Source: Octopus bimaculoides (lineage: Eukaryota). From it: DNA of 34,461 bases. Positions 11,216 to 23,498 of this stretch are shown one piece after another. The notes under the pieces are model-generated. The model was not told the DNA's origin and did not search any database. It worked only from the letters and a program-made list of their open reading frames with translations. The first letter of the stretch is position 1. Each line of letters opens with the position of its first letter. The translations under genes and the position numbers were made by a program. The stretch covers positions 110,482,744-110,517,204 of the forward strand of contig NC_068986.1 of NCBI RefSeq assembly GCF_001194135.2. The letters run 5' to 3'.

Positions 11216-12800
11216 TTCTAAGCCCATATTTAAAAGCACATATATACGGAAATGAATACATACATACATGCATATATATATATATTATTGATATTATTGT
11301 TGTTGTTGGCATCCTTTTTGTCTCACTGTTCTTATTTTACTATTTTAACTCATGTCCATTGCCCGGAAAACTTTCGTCACACATCTCTGACCTCTTCAGT
11401 GGCACTTTCATTTTCGTGTGTGTTCTTGCTCCACTTAATCCATCCTGTTCTTCTAAGGTGCGTATCTTTATGTGCGCATGCGTGTGTGTCCTTGTTTGTG
11501 TGTGCGTGCGCGCGCGTTTGTGTGCGTCATAGGTCTTAGCAGCAGTGTGGCCTCCCCCTCAGCAGCCCCACCCTCTCACTCAATTGTGCTGTTGCTGTCC
11601 TAAAACCCCCAAAATATGGTACCGTTCCTGTATTCTTCTCTGTCTGTGTGTTCGCCCACAGAGAAGCCATCGAAGTAGTCGTTGTTGTTATTGCCATCGG
11701 GATCACCACCGCGGTTGCTGTTGTAGTTAATCGTGTTGTTGACATTGCTGTGGCCGCCCGTGAAATTTCTTGTGTGTATGTTTGTGTGTGTGTGTATGGG
11801 TTCGCTTCGTATGTTGTATGTATTTATATAGATTTATTTATTTATTTTACCAATCTCTATATCTTATATTAATCCCAGGTATGTTACAAATATATTTATA
11901 TATTTGTTTATTTATCTAGTTATATACATCTCTGGCTATTTCTCATAAGTATCACAGAGTTAGCTTGCCCATATCTCCTTTGAGTGCATATTACCCTCTA
12001 CATTTCTGTGTATCATTTACGATTTCCTCTCCTCTCTCTTCTTATCCTTTCTGTCTTTAGTCATGTGTTGTGTTTTGGTGGTTGTTACTGTTCCATTCGT
12101 GTTTGGTATTGAGGCTCAGTCTGTGTGTAGCCTCTGTATAAGTGTCGTGTCATTTCTATGTGTCGATAATATNNNNNNNNNNNNNNNNNNNNNNNNNNNN
12201 NNNNNNNNNNNNNNNNNNNNNNNNNNNNNNNNNNNNNNNNNNNNNNNNNNNNNNNNNNNNNNNNNNNNNNNNNNNNNNNNNNNNNNNNNNNNNNNNNNNN
12301 NNNNNNNNNNNNACACACACACACATTTGTTTGAGATCGCGCCAATTGTCACCTATAAGCTCTCCTAAGCTGCGTGCATTCTCTGCAAGGTAGGTAGCTG
12401 TCACGTTTCTCCACAGCCCCTCAGTAGTGGGGGGCGCTGCCAAATGGGCGAAGACACGCACGTACACACACAAAGACACACACACACACATGCACACACA
12501 CGCACATACACACTCACAAACACTCACACACCCGCACACACTCAGTCAATCACGCACGTGCACACACACACATGAATATATTGCTAGATTCAAAAGGGCA
12601 AAACGTGAAGAATACGCATGTCTGTAATCAACGAAGAGCCAGCAGAGATGAAATGCTTATAGAGACATGCGCACCTGCGCTTCTGCGTTCATAGGGAAAG
12701 TTAGATAGATACAGTCAAATACATCTGTATTTGTAAATATTTATGCACACATACACTCATATATATTAACTCAATACACTGATATGTGTGTATGCATGTC

Positions 12801-12828
12801 TATCAATCAATCAATCAATCAATCCATC

Positions 12829-12880
<52 letters not shown>

Positions 12881-12914
12881 GTCTATCTATCTATCTAACT
12901 CTCTTCCTCCTCTC

Positions 12915-12965
<51 letters not shown>
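12801..12965. repeat. Compound (ATCA)n-(ATCT)n-(AT)n microsatellite
   Basis: Directly visible. It is followed by degenerate TA/TG repeats to ~13170. Confidence 0.95.
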
Positions 12966-12968
<3 letters not shown>

Positions 12969-13633
12969 TGTAGTTTATATCTCGTATATGTATATTTTTA
13001 TATATGTACATATTTATGTATGTATATGTATATACATGAGTGCGTGTGTGTATATGTGTTTATATTGCATACATATGTATATATGCATGGGTGTGTATGT
13101 GCATGTGTGTGTGTCTGTGTGCGTGTGTGTGTGTGTATGTATGTGTGGTTATATACTTATTTGTGTATATAGATATGACTGTGGTAGGAGCAGGGAAAGC
13201 CTCTACCCTTTGCGAACACATCAGTAATGCATGCAAGTGTGTTCCAATGCATTTTTATGTGTTAAGAACGAGATTAAAATCGCAGTGAATTTATCGATTG
13301 CCAATCTGAGTTTCGTATGTTTAAACCCACGTAGGGTTTGCGGCTCTGGCATCTATACGCAACTGTAAATACAAATAAAGATAGCTTAATAATAAAAATA
13401 GACGTTTTCATTTGCATGAAGCAATTCAGCTTTGCAAAGTTCACAGTCAAGGTTGATGGAATATTGTCAGTTCTTAGCTATCTGTAGATTTAATATTAAA
13501 GTGAAAATCCTCTACAATAAAGCATACAATGTATAAGAAGCCATATCGATTTTTTAAAAACAAAGCTGATAGAAAACTAAGAACAAACTCACTTCCTCTT
13601 GTTCCTTCTTTTGCCACCACTACTCCCACTTCC

Positions 13634-13702
13634 ACCACTAATACTACTACTACTATTACTACTACCGCCACTTAATGATAAATAATAATAATAATAATAA
13701 TG

Positions 13703-13734
<32 letters not shown>

Positions 13735-13761
13735 GTTGATGTCAATAATAATAATAATAAT
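13634..13761. repeat. (ACT)n followed by (AAT)n microsatellite
   Basis: Directly visible. It abuts the R4/Dong relic. Confidence 0.95.
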
Positions 13762-13776
13762 GTTGATGTCGATGTT

Positions 13777-14019
13777 AACATCATTAACTGGAATCTTACA
13801 GAATTCGAACGCCTGGACGGGAAGACAAAAAGACTACTCACATCTAAGAAAATGCACCACCCAAAAGCAGACGTTGATCATCTGTACCTACCTAGAAATA
13901 ACAATGAAAGAGAAATGGTGCAGGTAGAAGTGTGCTACAAGACCTCCACAATAGCAATGAACTTATCCAGCACAGAGGACTGAATGCTACAGCATCGCCA
14001 CAACTTTAAGCTCAAACTA
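13777..14019 (+). mobile_element. R4/Dong-clade LINE RT thumb-region relic, 5'-truncated, next to (AAT)n
   Basis: Reads NIINWNLTEFERLDGKTKRLLTSKKMHHPKADVDHLYLPRNNNEREMVQVEVCYKT...TED*ML. This matches INW...LDxKTRKLLT...HHPKADVDRLYLPRxxGGRGL of RLE-type LINEs. Confidence 0.85.
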
Positions 14020-14741
14020 AATATATATATATATATATATATATATANNNNNNNNNNNNNNNNNNNNNNNNNNNNNNNNNNNNNNNNNNNNNNNNNNNNN
14101 NNNNNNNNNNNNNNNNNNNNNNNNNNNNNNNNNNNNNNNNNNNNNNNNNNNNNNNNNNNNNNNNNNNNNNNNNNNNNNNNNNNNNNNNNNNNNNNNNNNN
14201 NNNNNNNNNNNNNNNNNNNNNNNNNNNNNNNNNNNNNNNNNNNNNNNNNNNNNNNNNNNNNNNNNNNNNNNNNNNNNNNNNNNNNNNNNNNNNNNNNNNN
14301 NNNNNNNNNNNNNNNNNNNNNNNNNNNNNNNNNNNNNNNNNNNNNNNNNNNNNNNNNNNNNNNNNNNNNNNNNNNNNNNNNNNNNNNNNNNNNNNNNNNN
14401 NNNNNNNNNNNNNNNNNNNNNNNNNNNNNNNNNNNNNNNNNNNNNNNNNNNNNNNNNNNNNNNNNNNNNNNNNNNNNNNNNNNNNNNNNNNNNNNNNNNN
14501 NNNNNNNNNNNNNNNNNNNNNNNNNNNNNNNNNNNNNNNNNNNNNNNNNNNNNNNNNNNNNNNNNNNNNNNNNNNNNNNNNNNNNNNNNNNNNNNNNNNN
14601 NNNNNNNNNNNNNNNNNNNNNNNNNNNNNNNNNNNNNNNNNNNNNNNNNNNNNNNNNNNNNNNNNNNNNNNNNNNNNNNNNNNNNNNNNNNNNNNNNNNN
14701 NNNNNNNNNNNNNNNNNNNNNNNNNNNNNNNNNNNNNNNNN

Positions 14742-15026
14742 TTGTGAGTGGATTTGGTAGACAGAAACTGAAAGAAGCCCGTCGTATATATGTATATGTA
14801 TATATATGTGTGTTTGTGTGTCTGTGTTTGTCCCCCCAACATCGCTTGACAACCAGTGCTGGTGTGTTTACGTCCCCGTAACTTAGCGGTTCGGCAAAAG
14901 AGACCGATAGAATAAGTACTAGGCTTACAAAGAATAAGTCCTGGGGTCGATTTGCTCGACTACAGGCGGTGCTCCAGCATGGCCGCAGTCAAATGACTGA
15001 AACAAGTAAAAGTAAAAGTAAAAGTA
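14742..15026 (+). mobile_element. SINE family A, well preserved; 5' head lost in the gap
   Basis: Internal TA/TG tract, central domain GATAGAATAAGTACT...CTGGGGTCGATTTGCTCGACT, and 3' end GCTCCAGCATGGCCGCAGTCAAATGACTGAAACAA with a (GTAAAA)n tail. An inverted homolog lies at 17851-18339. Confidence 0.9.
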
Positions 15027-15589
15027 TATGTACACACACGCAAAATATAGATGTAAAAGATTTAAAAAAAATTCATTTACAATTTAAGCTATAAAGTATC
15101 GAAATCATAAGATTAAGGAATACATTTAAAACATATTATATAATGAATACTTAAATTAATTTATTAAACTAGAATAAATATATCTAAATCTAAAAAATAA
15201 CACTGGAATGAATTTATATAACATAATAGCAATGTAGAAAACAAAAACGAAATGAGAAAACCTACTTAAATACGTAATACAAAGAATGAAACTGTAATTA
15301 TCAGACTCTCAATGACCGGTTAATCAAATTAAACAAAATAAAACAACCTGAAAATATTAAAGTCAATAAAACATTCTGGAAAAAATCATCTTTTCGAATT
15401 TTGAATTTAACAGCCTTCTTCTAGAAAATAAAATCGAAAATAATTCTTCAGAGCAAGGAGAGCAGAATTTATTACCAATCTTATAGGCCAGAGCCATCCC
15501 TAAAATGTTCCAAATGTCTTTCTATTTTTGTTGGTAGGAGCCATTCATTCCAATAATGAATTCTTGAGGAAAAGCCTAATTCGAGATTT

Positions 15590-16500
15590 CAAATAACTTG
15601 TATTTTATATATAAACCCTATTTTTGTATTAAACTACCATTGGTTTCCTGTTAAGCAAATATCTTAAGCTGTTTTGAAGACAATCACATGAAGAAATTAT
15701 TGTTCGTCTCCATTTTGAATTAAAGCACGTAAACAAAGATAAGCTCAAAAACAAGCCACTTTGAAAAGGCGGGTCCAGACTATAATGCTACACGAGAAAG
15801 CTTTAAGAACAATATAAACTATACTAAATCACATGAAGTTAGTCCAAGAAGACGCAGACAGGGATAAAACCTATGATTCAAGCTACCTTATATCCTAAAT
15901 GGGGCTTCTAATACAGCGAAGAAATTCTTAAAATTAATAGATGATCATTCCCACATTCACACAAATACCATAATATCGTCAATAGAAACACTGTTTCTTA
16001 CCTACTTCAGATTCGATTATCATCAGTCATAATAAAAACATCTCCGCCACGAATTTTCCAGAAAATCACTGTAGTTGTAGATCTCCAATTCACTGTCCTC
16101 GAAACAATGGCTGTCTGGGAAAAGATCTTGTATTCAAGATCAAATCATGAGCGCCAAACTGAGTAACAAAGACATACATCGAAATGACGGTCAAATTGTA
16201 GAAGGAAAGGTACACATAGCATCTGGCGTCATTCTGGGATAAACATATAGGGCACGTGAACCCCCATCTCATATGACATGAATTTGAAAGAAGGGGGAGT
16301 AAACAACCCCAGCACAACATGGAGCATTGTTGCTAAATCCAGAAAATACAGGGGACAGGGGACCAACTTTGAGCTTTGTATTATTGAAAAGCCAAACATC
16401 ATCCAAGGAGAAGATAACAGCTTAGACATTAGGGAAGAAACCTTCCATCTCTGTATGTATAAGCTATATTTTACACTCCAACATTTCAAAGAGGAATCAC
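15590..16500 (+). mobile_element. Penelope-like element RT-end/linker/GIY-YIG relic with stops and frameshifts
   Basis: Segments: KKFLKLIDDH, HKYHNIVNRNTV, IISHNKNI, CSCRSPIHCPRNNGCLGKDLV, KTYIEMT..KERY..H.ASF, and TTWSIVAKSRKY...ELCIIEKPNII...LDIREE..HLC. All are collinear with the PLE ORF C-terminus. Confidence 0.85.
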
Positions 16501-16981
16501 AACCCAGTCTCCCGATCCTACCAGGATAAGTTTTTTTTATTCAATATGTGAACGTTAAATATATAGTTCTTTTGAACTCCACACATAGAAGACTCACGCC
16601 CTCATCATCAAATCACTCAATACATAAAGATGTGTACGCATACGCAGCATGCCATATAATGTAAACAACCATATCATTCAGCACAATCTTTTCCGAGAGT
16701 TGAACCGAAGGGAAATAATCTCTCAAAAATTGTTACGCAAAAGTTATCCCCCTTGATTAACTGTTTTTGTTTACCAACAATTTTCACGATACGTTATTGT
16801 GAATTTCTGTGCTTTCTAGTGTTTGAATCCAAAATGGAGACAAACAGCAATTTCTCCATATGATCGGCTTGAAAACTTCTTCAGTGATTTTCTTGACAAG
16901 AATAGTAACTTTATTACACAAATAGCAAATCCCTATCAAGTAATGTGGTGTTGAGCCCTCACTCTCATTGTTTGATATTTA

Positions 16982-16986
<5 letters not shown>

Positions 16987-17038
<52 letters not shown>
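16987..17038. repeat. (GT)n microsatellite
   Basis: Perfect run. Confidence 0.97.
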
Positions 17039-17039
<1 letters not shown>

Positions 17040-17254
17040 CGTACATAGTTTGAAATTTGAATTATTACAGCATTGCTTTCTTTTATTTGTTGTTTAATTC
17101 AATTTATTCCAGAAGGTAACGATGCTGTACGCATCATTTTTATAAAATGCCCTCGAAAAATTTCATTTCATGTTCTTTTCTAAAGTGAAACCATACGTTA
17201 CTAGTATTTTACTCTACACAAAACTTTTGTTGCTTATAAATATAGTAGTGCTAG

Positions 17255-17370
17255 TGAAGGCACGTGTTTATGATCTTGCTTTCACGATCACAAGATCAGG
17301 GGTTCGATTCTTGAAGTGGGTGGTGTGTTGTGGAGCAAAACACCTAATTTCAACTTGCTTCATTCTACTT
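17255..17370 (+). mobile_element. SINE family C head, degenerate
   Basis: TCACGATCACAAGATCAGGGGTTCGATTC (B-box)...GAGCAAAACAC parallels 155-218. Confidence 0.6.
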
Positions 17371-17505
17371 AATATTGAATAAGTATCCAGACGATTGAAT
17401 GGCGCTTCATTCACAATTGTTGTCATGTTGGTCATCTATACACCATGGAATCTGAGTAATCGTTCCAATGAATCCTAAGACGAAATATGGTAATAACCAG
17501 AGGCT

Positions 17506-17508
17506 GTT

Positions 17509-17556
<48 letters not shown>

Positions 17557-17575
17557 GAAGATGATGATGATGATG
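17506..17575. repeat. (GTT)n(GAT)n microsatellite
   Basis: Directly visible. Confidence 0.95.
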
Positions 17576-17850
17576 GTTCATTGGTTCGGGTCTCTTCGGT
17601 CCTTTATTGTAGAACTATTTTTCACTGTGAGCCAATGAACAGGCCACAATGTTATCACTGAGTTTGCTAGAAATAGCATCTACTTTTTAATTTCTTGTGA
17701 ATCGTGTCCGTAATGCCTGGAAAATGCAAAACAGTGATAGAGAAGATGACGAAAAGACAAAAATTATGACAATTGAATTGATACTTCACGAGAAGATATA
17801 TTAACGTGCATAGCGTTCGAAAGTGGCGGCATAACTAAATTTGAAGAACA

Positions 17851-18148
17851 TTTTATCTTTTAATTTTTTCACTCATTGGACTACGACCATGCTAGAGCAT
17901 CACTTGGAAGAGTTTAGCGGAACAAAGCGAGCAGAGTGCTTACTTGTAAGTCTAGCACTTATTCAATTGGTCTTATTTGCTGAACCGTTAAAGTACAGTG
18001 GCTTAAACAATGTAAAACTGTTTCCCAATCTATGTGGGGCAAGAAACATAAACAGAAATACACACGCACCCACACACACAAACATACACACACATAGACA
18101 CACATATGCACAGGCACACGCTCACATGCACACAAATACACGCACAAT

Positions 18149-18188
<40 letters not shown>

Positions 18189-18339
18189 CATATATGTATG
18201 TATATATACGAGTGGGCCTCCGAAACGCTTTCGTCTACCACATTTGTTCACTAATCATTGGTTGACCCCCGGATTCAGTCGAAGATGCCCAAATTTCCGC
18301 GCTTTTCAGCTGAGCAAGAAACCATGTGGTCGCATAGTA
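17851..18339 (-). mobile_element. SINE family A, degenerate, with an expanded internal CA tract
   Basis: CATTGGACTACGACCATGCTAGAGCA, CTTGTAAGTCTAGCACTTATTC and GAACCGTTAAAGTAC are reverse-complement homologs of the 14742-15026 copy. The head runs into the gap. Confidence 0.8.
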
Positions 18340-18700
18340 NNNNNNNNNNNNNNNNNNNNNNNNNNNNNNNNNNNNNNNNNNNNNNNNNNNNNNNNNNNNN
18401 NNNNNNNNNNNNNNNNNNNNNNNNNNNNNNNNNNNNNNNNNNNNNNNNNNNNNNNNNNNNNNNNNNNNNNNNNNNNNNNNNNNNNNNNNNNNNNNNNNNN
18501 NNNNNNNNNNNNNNNNNNNNNNNNNNNNNNNNNNNNNNNNNNNNNNNNNNNNNNNNNNNNNNNNNNTTTGTAGAAAGGTTTATGTTTTACAAGGCTTGGC
18601 TCGACCACCGGGAAAGTTCTGCTTAAAAACCTTTCTTTTATTCACTCGCACCAATACTATTTATATTTACAACATCGATGTTTCAATACTGAAAGATTTC

Positions 18701-18838
18701 CATTTCGCCGAGGTCGACTTTGCTTTTCATCCTTTCGGGTTCGATAAATTAAGTACCAGTTGTGCGTACTGGGGAAGATCTAATCGACTGGCTCCCTCCC
18801 CAAAAATTTCGGGCCCTGTGCCTAGAGTAGAAAAGAAT
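18701..18838 (+). mobile_element. SINE family B, 3' half
   Basis: CGCCGAGGTCGACTTTGCTTTTCATCCTTTCGGGTTCGATAAATTAAGTACCAGTT is a reverse-complement match to 26450-26506. Confidence 0.85.
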
Positions 18839-19189
18839 AGAAAAATATTTCCTCGATTTTGCGTGAGAATTAAATTCCTTCCGTCTGGCACCTGATGGAA
18901 GTAGGCATATTTGAAAAACACTTGACAGTGACTCATATCTGTAACGTCTACCGACACGATTGGAATTGTTGTCTATTGTCGTCAGTTTTATTGCTTACTG
19001 CTATGGGAAGTCGTCATAAAACAACTGCTTTATGAAAATAGAACGGCGAAGAAATGCAACATTAGGTTATTCCATGAAATATGTAGAAGCTGTCTTCAAT
19101 TTTTTTCAACCATCAAATTCTCTTTTCATCGTGAGTCGAACAAAGCCACACGTGTACGTATCACATACATGCTCTACAAGTTCATGCAT

Positions 19190-19506
19190 ATGTGTGTGTA
19201 TGTGTGTGTATGTGTGTGTGTGTGTATATAAACACACTCAGATATATAGCTGTGAATGTGTGTAAGTATGTGCGCTTCTGTGTGAGGGTGTGCGTGTGTA
19301 TATATAACTTCATATCATTCACTCACAGGCACACATTGAAATATATGGGCACGGTGTCATGCATGTCCATTTGCACATACATACACATACACACACAAGC
19401 ACACACATATGCATACATAAACTCATACAATATATATTCACATAAAAGCATATATATGTATATATATATGTGTTTGAGTGTGTATGTAAGGAAAGAGACA
19501 CATACA

Positions 19507-19561
<55 letters not shown>

Positions 19562-19730
19562 CGCATGTATATATAAACACAGATATAAACAAATAGGTGC
19601 ACATACATATGTATACATGTACGCCTGCTTGCATAGATGTATTTATACAAACGCACACATCACATGTAGCCATATACATATGCACGCGCAGCTCCAACAT
19701 CATACACACATACACACACATGCATACAAT
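19190..19730. repeat. Degenerate TG/CA/TA low-complexity block including (CA)n at ~19509-19555
   Basis: Directly visible. Confidence 0.9.
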
Positions 19731-19915
19731 TACACATGTTATTTGTATTTCATTCATTGTTCTGTGTATGGTGGGTAGGGATGAGTAGGGGGGGGAGAAA
19801 GTTGTATAGAAAGCGAACTAGCAGTTCTGAAAGAGCACAATCAGTTTGTAAATGTGAATGAATAACATGCAATGAAAGGAAATGTGTGGTGCAGGAAGAA
19901 ATCTTAAAGTCTTTG

Positions 19916-20077
19916 CATTATTCTGCATTCTGCAATTGTTTTACATTGACTGTGCAGATGCTGGCTGATTGACTATTCCAGAATAAAGCTATCACATTAT
20001 TCTGCATTACTGCAATTGTTTCACATTCATTCTGCAGATGGTTGTTGATTGACTATTTCAGAATAAAGCTATCACAT
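19916..20077. repeat. Tandem duplication of a 79/80-bp unit (2 copies)
   Basis: CATTATTCTGCATT...GATTGACTATT[C/T]CAGAATAAAGCTATCA at 19916-19994 and 19995-20074, with about ten differences. Confidence 0.95.
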
Positions 20078-21205
20078 CAATACCAATAATGGATACATCT
20101 AGAACCATTAATTCTGCAGCCAATTTTCGAAGAATTCTGATCTTACTAGCATCAGATAAGATTTAGCCTTGATGTCAGTAACGTGAGACTGCAGCTCTGC
20201 TAGAGAATACAAGCTTGTTGTTCGGAGATATGAAAAACCTGGTAGAATAGGAAGAAACAGATGCTTTATTGTCTGAATTCACTGAAGTATAAACATATTT
20301 AGTTATAAAATCGCGTAGAATTTAAATGAAACTTATTGTCGCAAATTTATATTCTGTCTTTACGCGATAGTTATCAAAAGGCAGGTGAAGATCAGCGATA
20401 TGACTAGTAACTACAGCTTTGTTATGCTTCATTAAATCGTAACTCTCCTATTTGAAATAAGGAACGATTCACAATTAACTGAAAGAATATTACTGAGAAA
20501 ACCGATTTTAGAAACGAATATATACTCACATACACATTCACACACATATATGCTCGAATAGATATATATAGATACATACATATANNNNNNNNNNNNNNNN
20601 NNNNNNNNNNNNNNNNNNNNNNNNNNNNNNNNNNNNNNNNNNNNNNNNNNNNNNNNNNNNNNNNNNNNNNNNNNNNNNNNNNNNNNNNNNNNNNNNNNNN
20701 NNNNNNNNNNNNNNNNNNNNNNNNNNNNNNNNNNNNNNNNNNNNNNNNTATATATATATATATATATATATATGCGTGTATGGGCGTGTCTGTGTTTGCC
20801 TCTGTGTGTGTGTATAACTATGAAGGAATATTTGCTATTTCTTGACATATTCACTTGTTAGCATTTAGTTCAAACATATAACTTATTTTGAAAAGAGTTC
20901 GTTCACACGTGAACGTAGCCAATCACAGTTATCCAACGGAGCATAGAGCGTATCAGTAAGCTGCACAATTTACCACTTGATGCGAGTTGATATCAGATGT
21001 GAATCTAAAGCAAAATTTTTCAGAGCCGAGCCAGATAATAATGTTCTGAATGATTTCAAGAGAAAGCATTCATTCAACAAACGCCCATCTTTAATTTTTT
21101 ATATGGTTATATTATTATAACAGTATTATCTCACATTTGCCAAAAGTCGAGTGTTAATAGAGAAAGGGAGTCTTAAAGCTCCTTAAGCAAACCAATAACA
21201 AATAA

Positions 21206-21242
<37 letters not shown>
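21206..21242. repeat. (AAT)n microsatellite
   Basis: Perfect run. Confidence 0.95.
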
Positions 21243-21539
21243 GATGGCTGTGATAATAATAATAATGGAATAATAACGCTGGCATTAAAATACATGCAGG
21301 GTTTCCACTGAAGGCTGTATGTGCTCTAATATAGCTCTCTGTTAATGGACTAATTAAATTTGCAGGCCTACACTATTAGATTTCCCGTCAATTACAAATC
21401 CATACCACTTTAATTCGCATCAAATTCCCAAAGGCAGAAGGATCGTTCCATCACAGTCTGTTTAGGCATCAATTTGTACTAATGCATTCAAGTGATACAA
21501 AAAATTCCGCTTTAAATATCTTGTCTTCGTTACTCTCCT

Positions 21540-21559
21540 ACATATATATATATACATAC

Positions 21560-21647
<88 letters not shown>

Positions 21648-21670
21648 GCATGCACACACACACACACACG
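21540..21670. repeat. (AT)n then (CA)n microsatellite; further (AT)n/(CA)n flank the gap at 22000-22235
   Basis: Directly visible. Confidence 0.95.
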
Positions 21671-21997
21671 CATGTATGCATGTATATGTATATATGTGTT
21701 ACACATTTTTGTTTTGGTATAAAATTGCTCATCATATGAGAAGAGAGAGTGAGAGTGGGAGAGAGAGAGGAAGAAAGAATGAAAGAAGGAATGCTGGAGA
21801 GGTGTTATTGTGAGGGAGGCAGCTGCCGAAAATTGCACCAAATATGTTGACTACAATATTTTTTAATGCACAAGCATTCCACTCTTTGTCTCTCTCTTAC
21901 TCTGTTACCCTCTGTAAGTGTTCATCAGTTTATGTACATACCTACATGCATACATGTATGTATATACATATGCGTCCACACACACATGCATGCATGT

Positions 21998-22046
<49 letters not shown>

Positions 22047-22172
22047 NNNNNNNNNNNNNNNNNNNNNNNNNNNNNNNNNNNNNNNNNNNNNNNNNNNNNN
22101 NNNNNNNNNNNNNNNNNNNNNNNNNNNNNNNNNNNNNNNNNNNNNNNNNNNNNNNNNNNNNNNNNNNNNNNN

Positions 22173-22239
<67 letters not shown>

Positions 22240-22982
22240 TATATATATATAAATTTCGATCGTTTCCTCATTAAATTTTGAAAACTTGCTGTTTCAATGT
22301 TTATGATTTTTATCTTTAACTTCCTCCGCCTTTCACTCCTTTCCATCTCTCTTCTCATCTGTCACTCTATTTTTTCTCAATGACTGACTTCCTACATCAC
22401 AACTTCACTCTCTTTCTCTATCTTTCTCTCTCTATGTATCTCTCTCCGTATCTCTCTCTCTCTCTCTCTCTCCATCCATCTCTCTCTCTCTATCATAAAC
22501 GATCACTCTCTTCCCTCTTTTCCTCTGTACAACACTCTGTCAATCATTCTTTTCATTCTCTCTTTCTATCTGTGTCTGTCACCCATTTTTCGCCTCTGAA
22601 ACTGTCTCTGTCTTTCTCTCTGTCTCCTTATTTCTCTTCTCTTATGTTTCAAGTGTCCTCAGCCTGATTCTTTCACTTTCTCGGAATATTTATTCTGTAT
22701 GTTGAATTATAAAACACAATGGTATTCATTTCTTACGAAGACACAGATCAGGAAATTTGACGACAGAGGAACACTTGACAAGATCAACTCCATTACTTGG
22801 TGTTCTTTTATTTTTTTGAAGTCAGAAAATCTGAAATCTAAGAGCTAACCTTGTCCTGGTTTGAGCATAGAATGCAAAGCGCTACCCAAATGTCGCTAGG
22901 TATTGCATTCTACGCGCAAGCGATATGGTCATTCCAAAATATTAATTCCTGGGTTGAAGGAAAGCCTGAAACTGCTGTTACC

Positions 22983-23207
22983 AAGCAAGCAAAGGAATAA
23001 AACAACTGGCTTAAAATTTTAGAGAAAAGATCTTGAGCATGCGTGGAGTCAAAATTTCCTGTCTGGGCAATATATCTTTCGATAGCAAAATACAGGTTGA
23101 ACAAGAAACGATTTATCAGTGGATGAGAATTTGAAGACTGAAAGAAGAGACGCGAGGCTTCGACACTGGCTGCACAAGACCGAAGCTTATTTACCCGAAA
23201 TTACTAT
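22983..23207 (+). mobile_element. R4/Dong-clade LINE relic, region between RT and zinc knuckle
   Basis: With frameshifts it reads EHAWSQNFLSGQY...YQWMRI*RLKEETRGF..TLAAQDRSLFTRNYY. This matches W..KPLHGQY...S..WL..G.LK.ETEG.I.AAQDQ.L.TRNY. Confidence 0.75.
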
Positions 23208-23212
23208 GTAAA

Positions 23213-23498
23213 TCTAATATATAAAACAGAGATGTCTGTGTATTCGCTTTTCACGTGAAATCGACTTCACCAAATGCTTCCATACTTGTGATGCATGAAT
23301 AATTTGACCTCGGATAAATGTTAGGCTCTTCATTTGATTTTTTTAATTAAAAATAAATAATATTGCTTTATATTTATGATTCACTTCTTTAAAAAGGTTC
23401 CTCAACGCCAACTTCCGGTATTGATGTAACAACGGCAAAAAACTTCACTCTCTATTTTGACGTTTTTGTACCAAATGCAATGTCAACTTCCGGTATTG
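23213..23498 (+). mobile_element. Non-autonomous Helitron-like 5' end with an internal 75-bp-period repeat
   Basis: Starts A|TCTAATATATAAAACAGAGATGTCTGTG, the TC plus AT-rich start typical of Helitron 5' ends. CAACTTCCGGTATTG recurs at 23409 and 23484 before the gap. Confidence 0.5.

Noticed and set aside
11530-11760. Exon-like hydrophobic or Asn-rich ORFs
   Set aside because: Explained by decayed GTT/GCT trinucleotide sequence.
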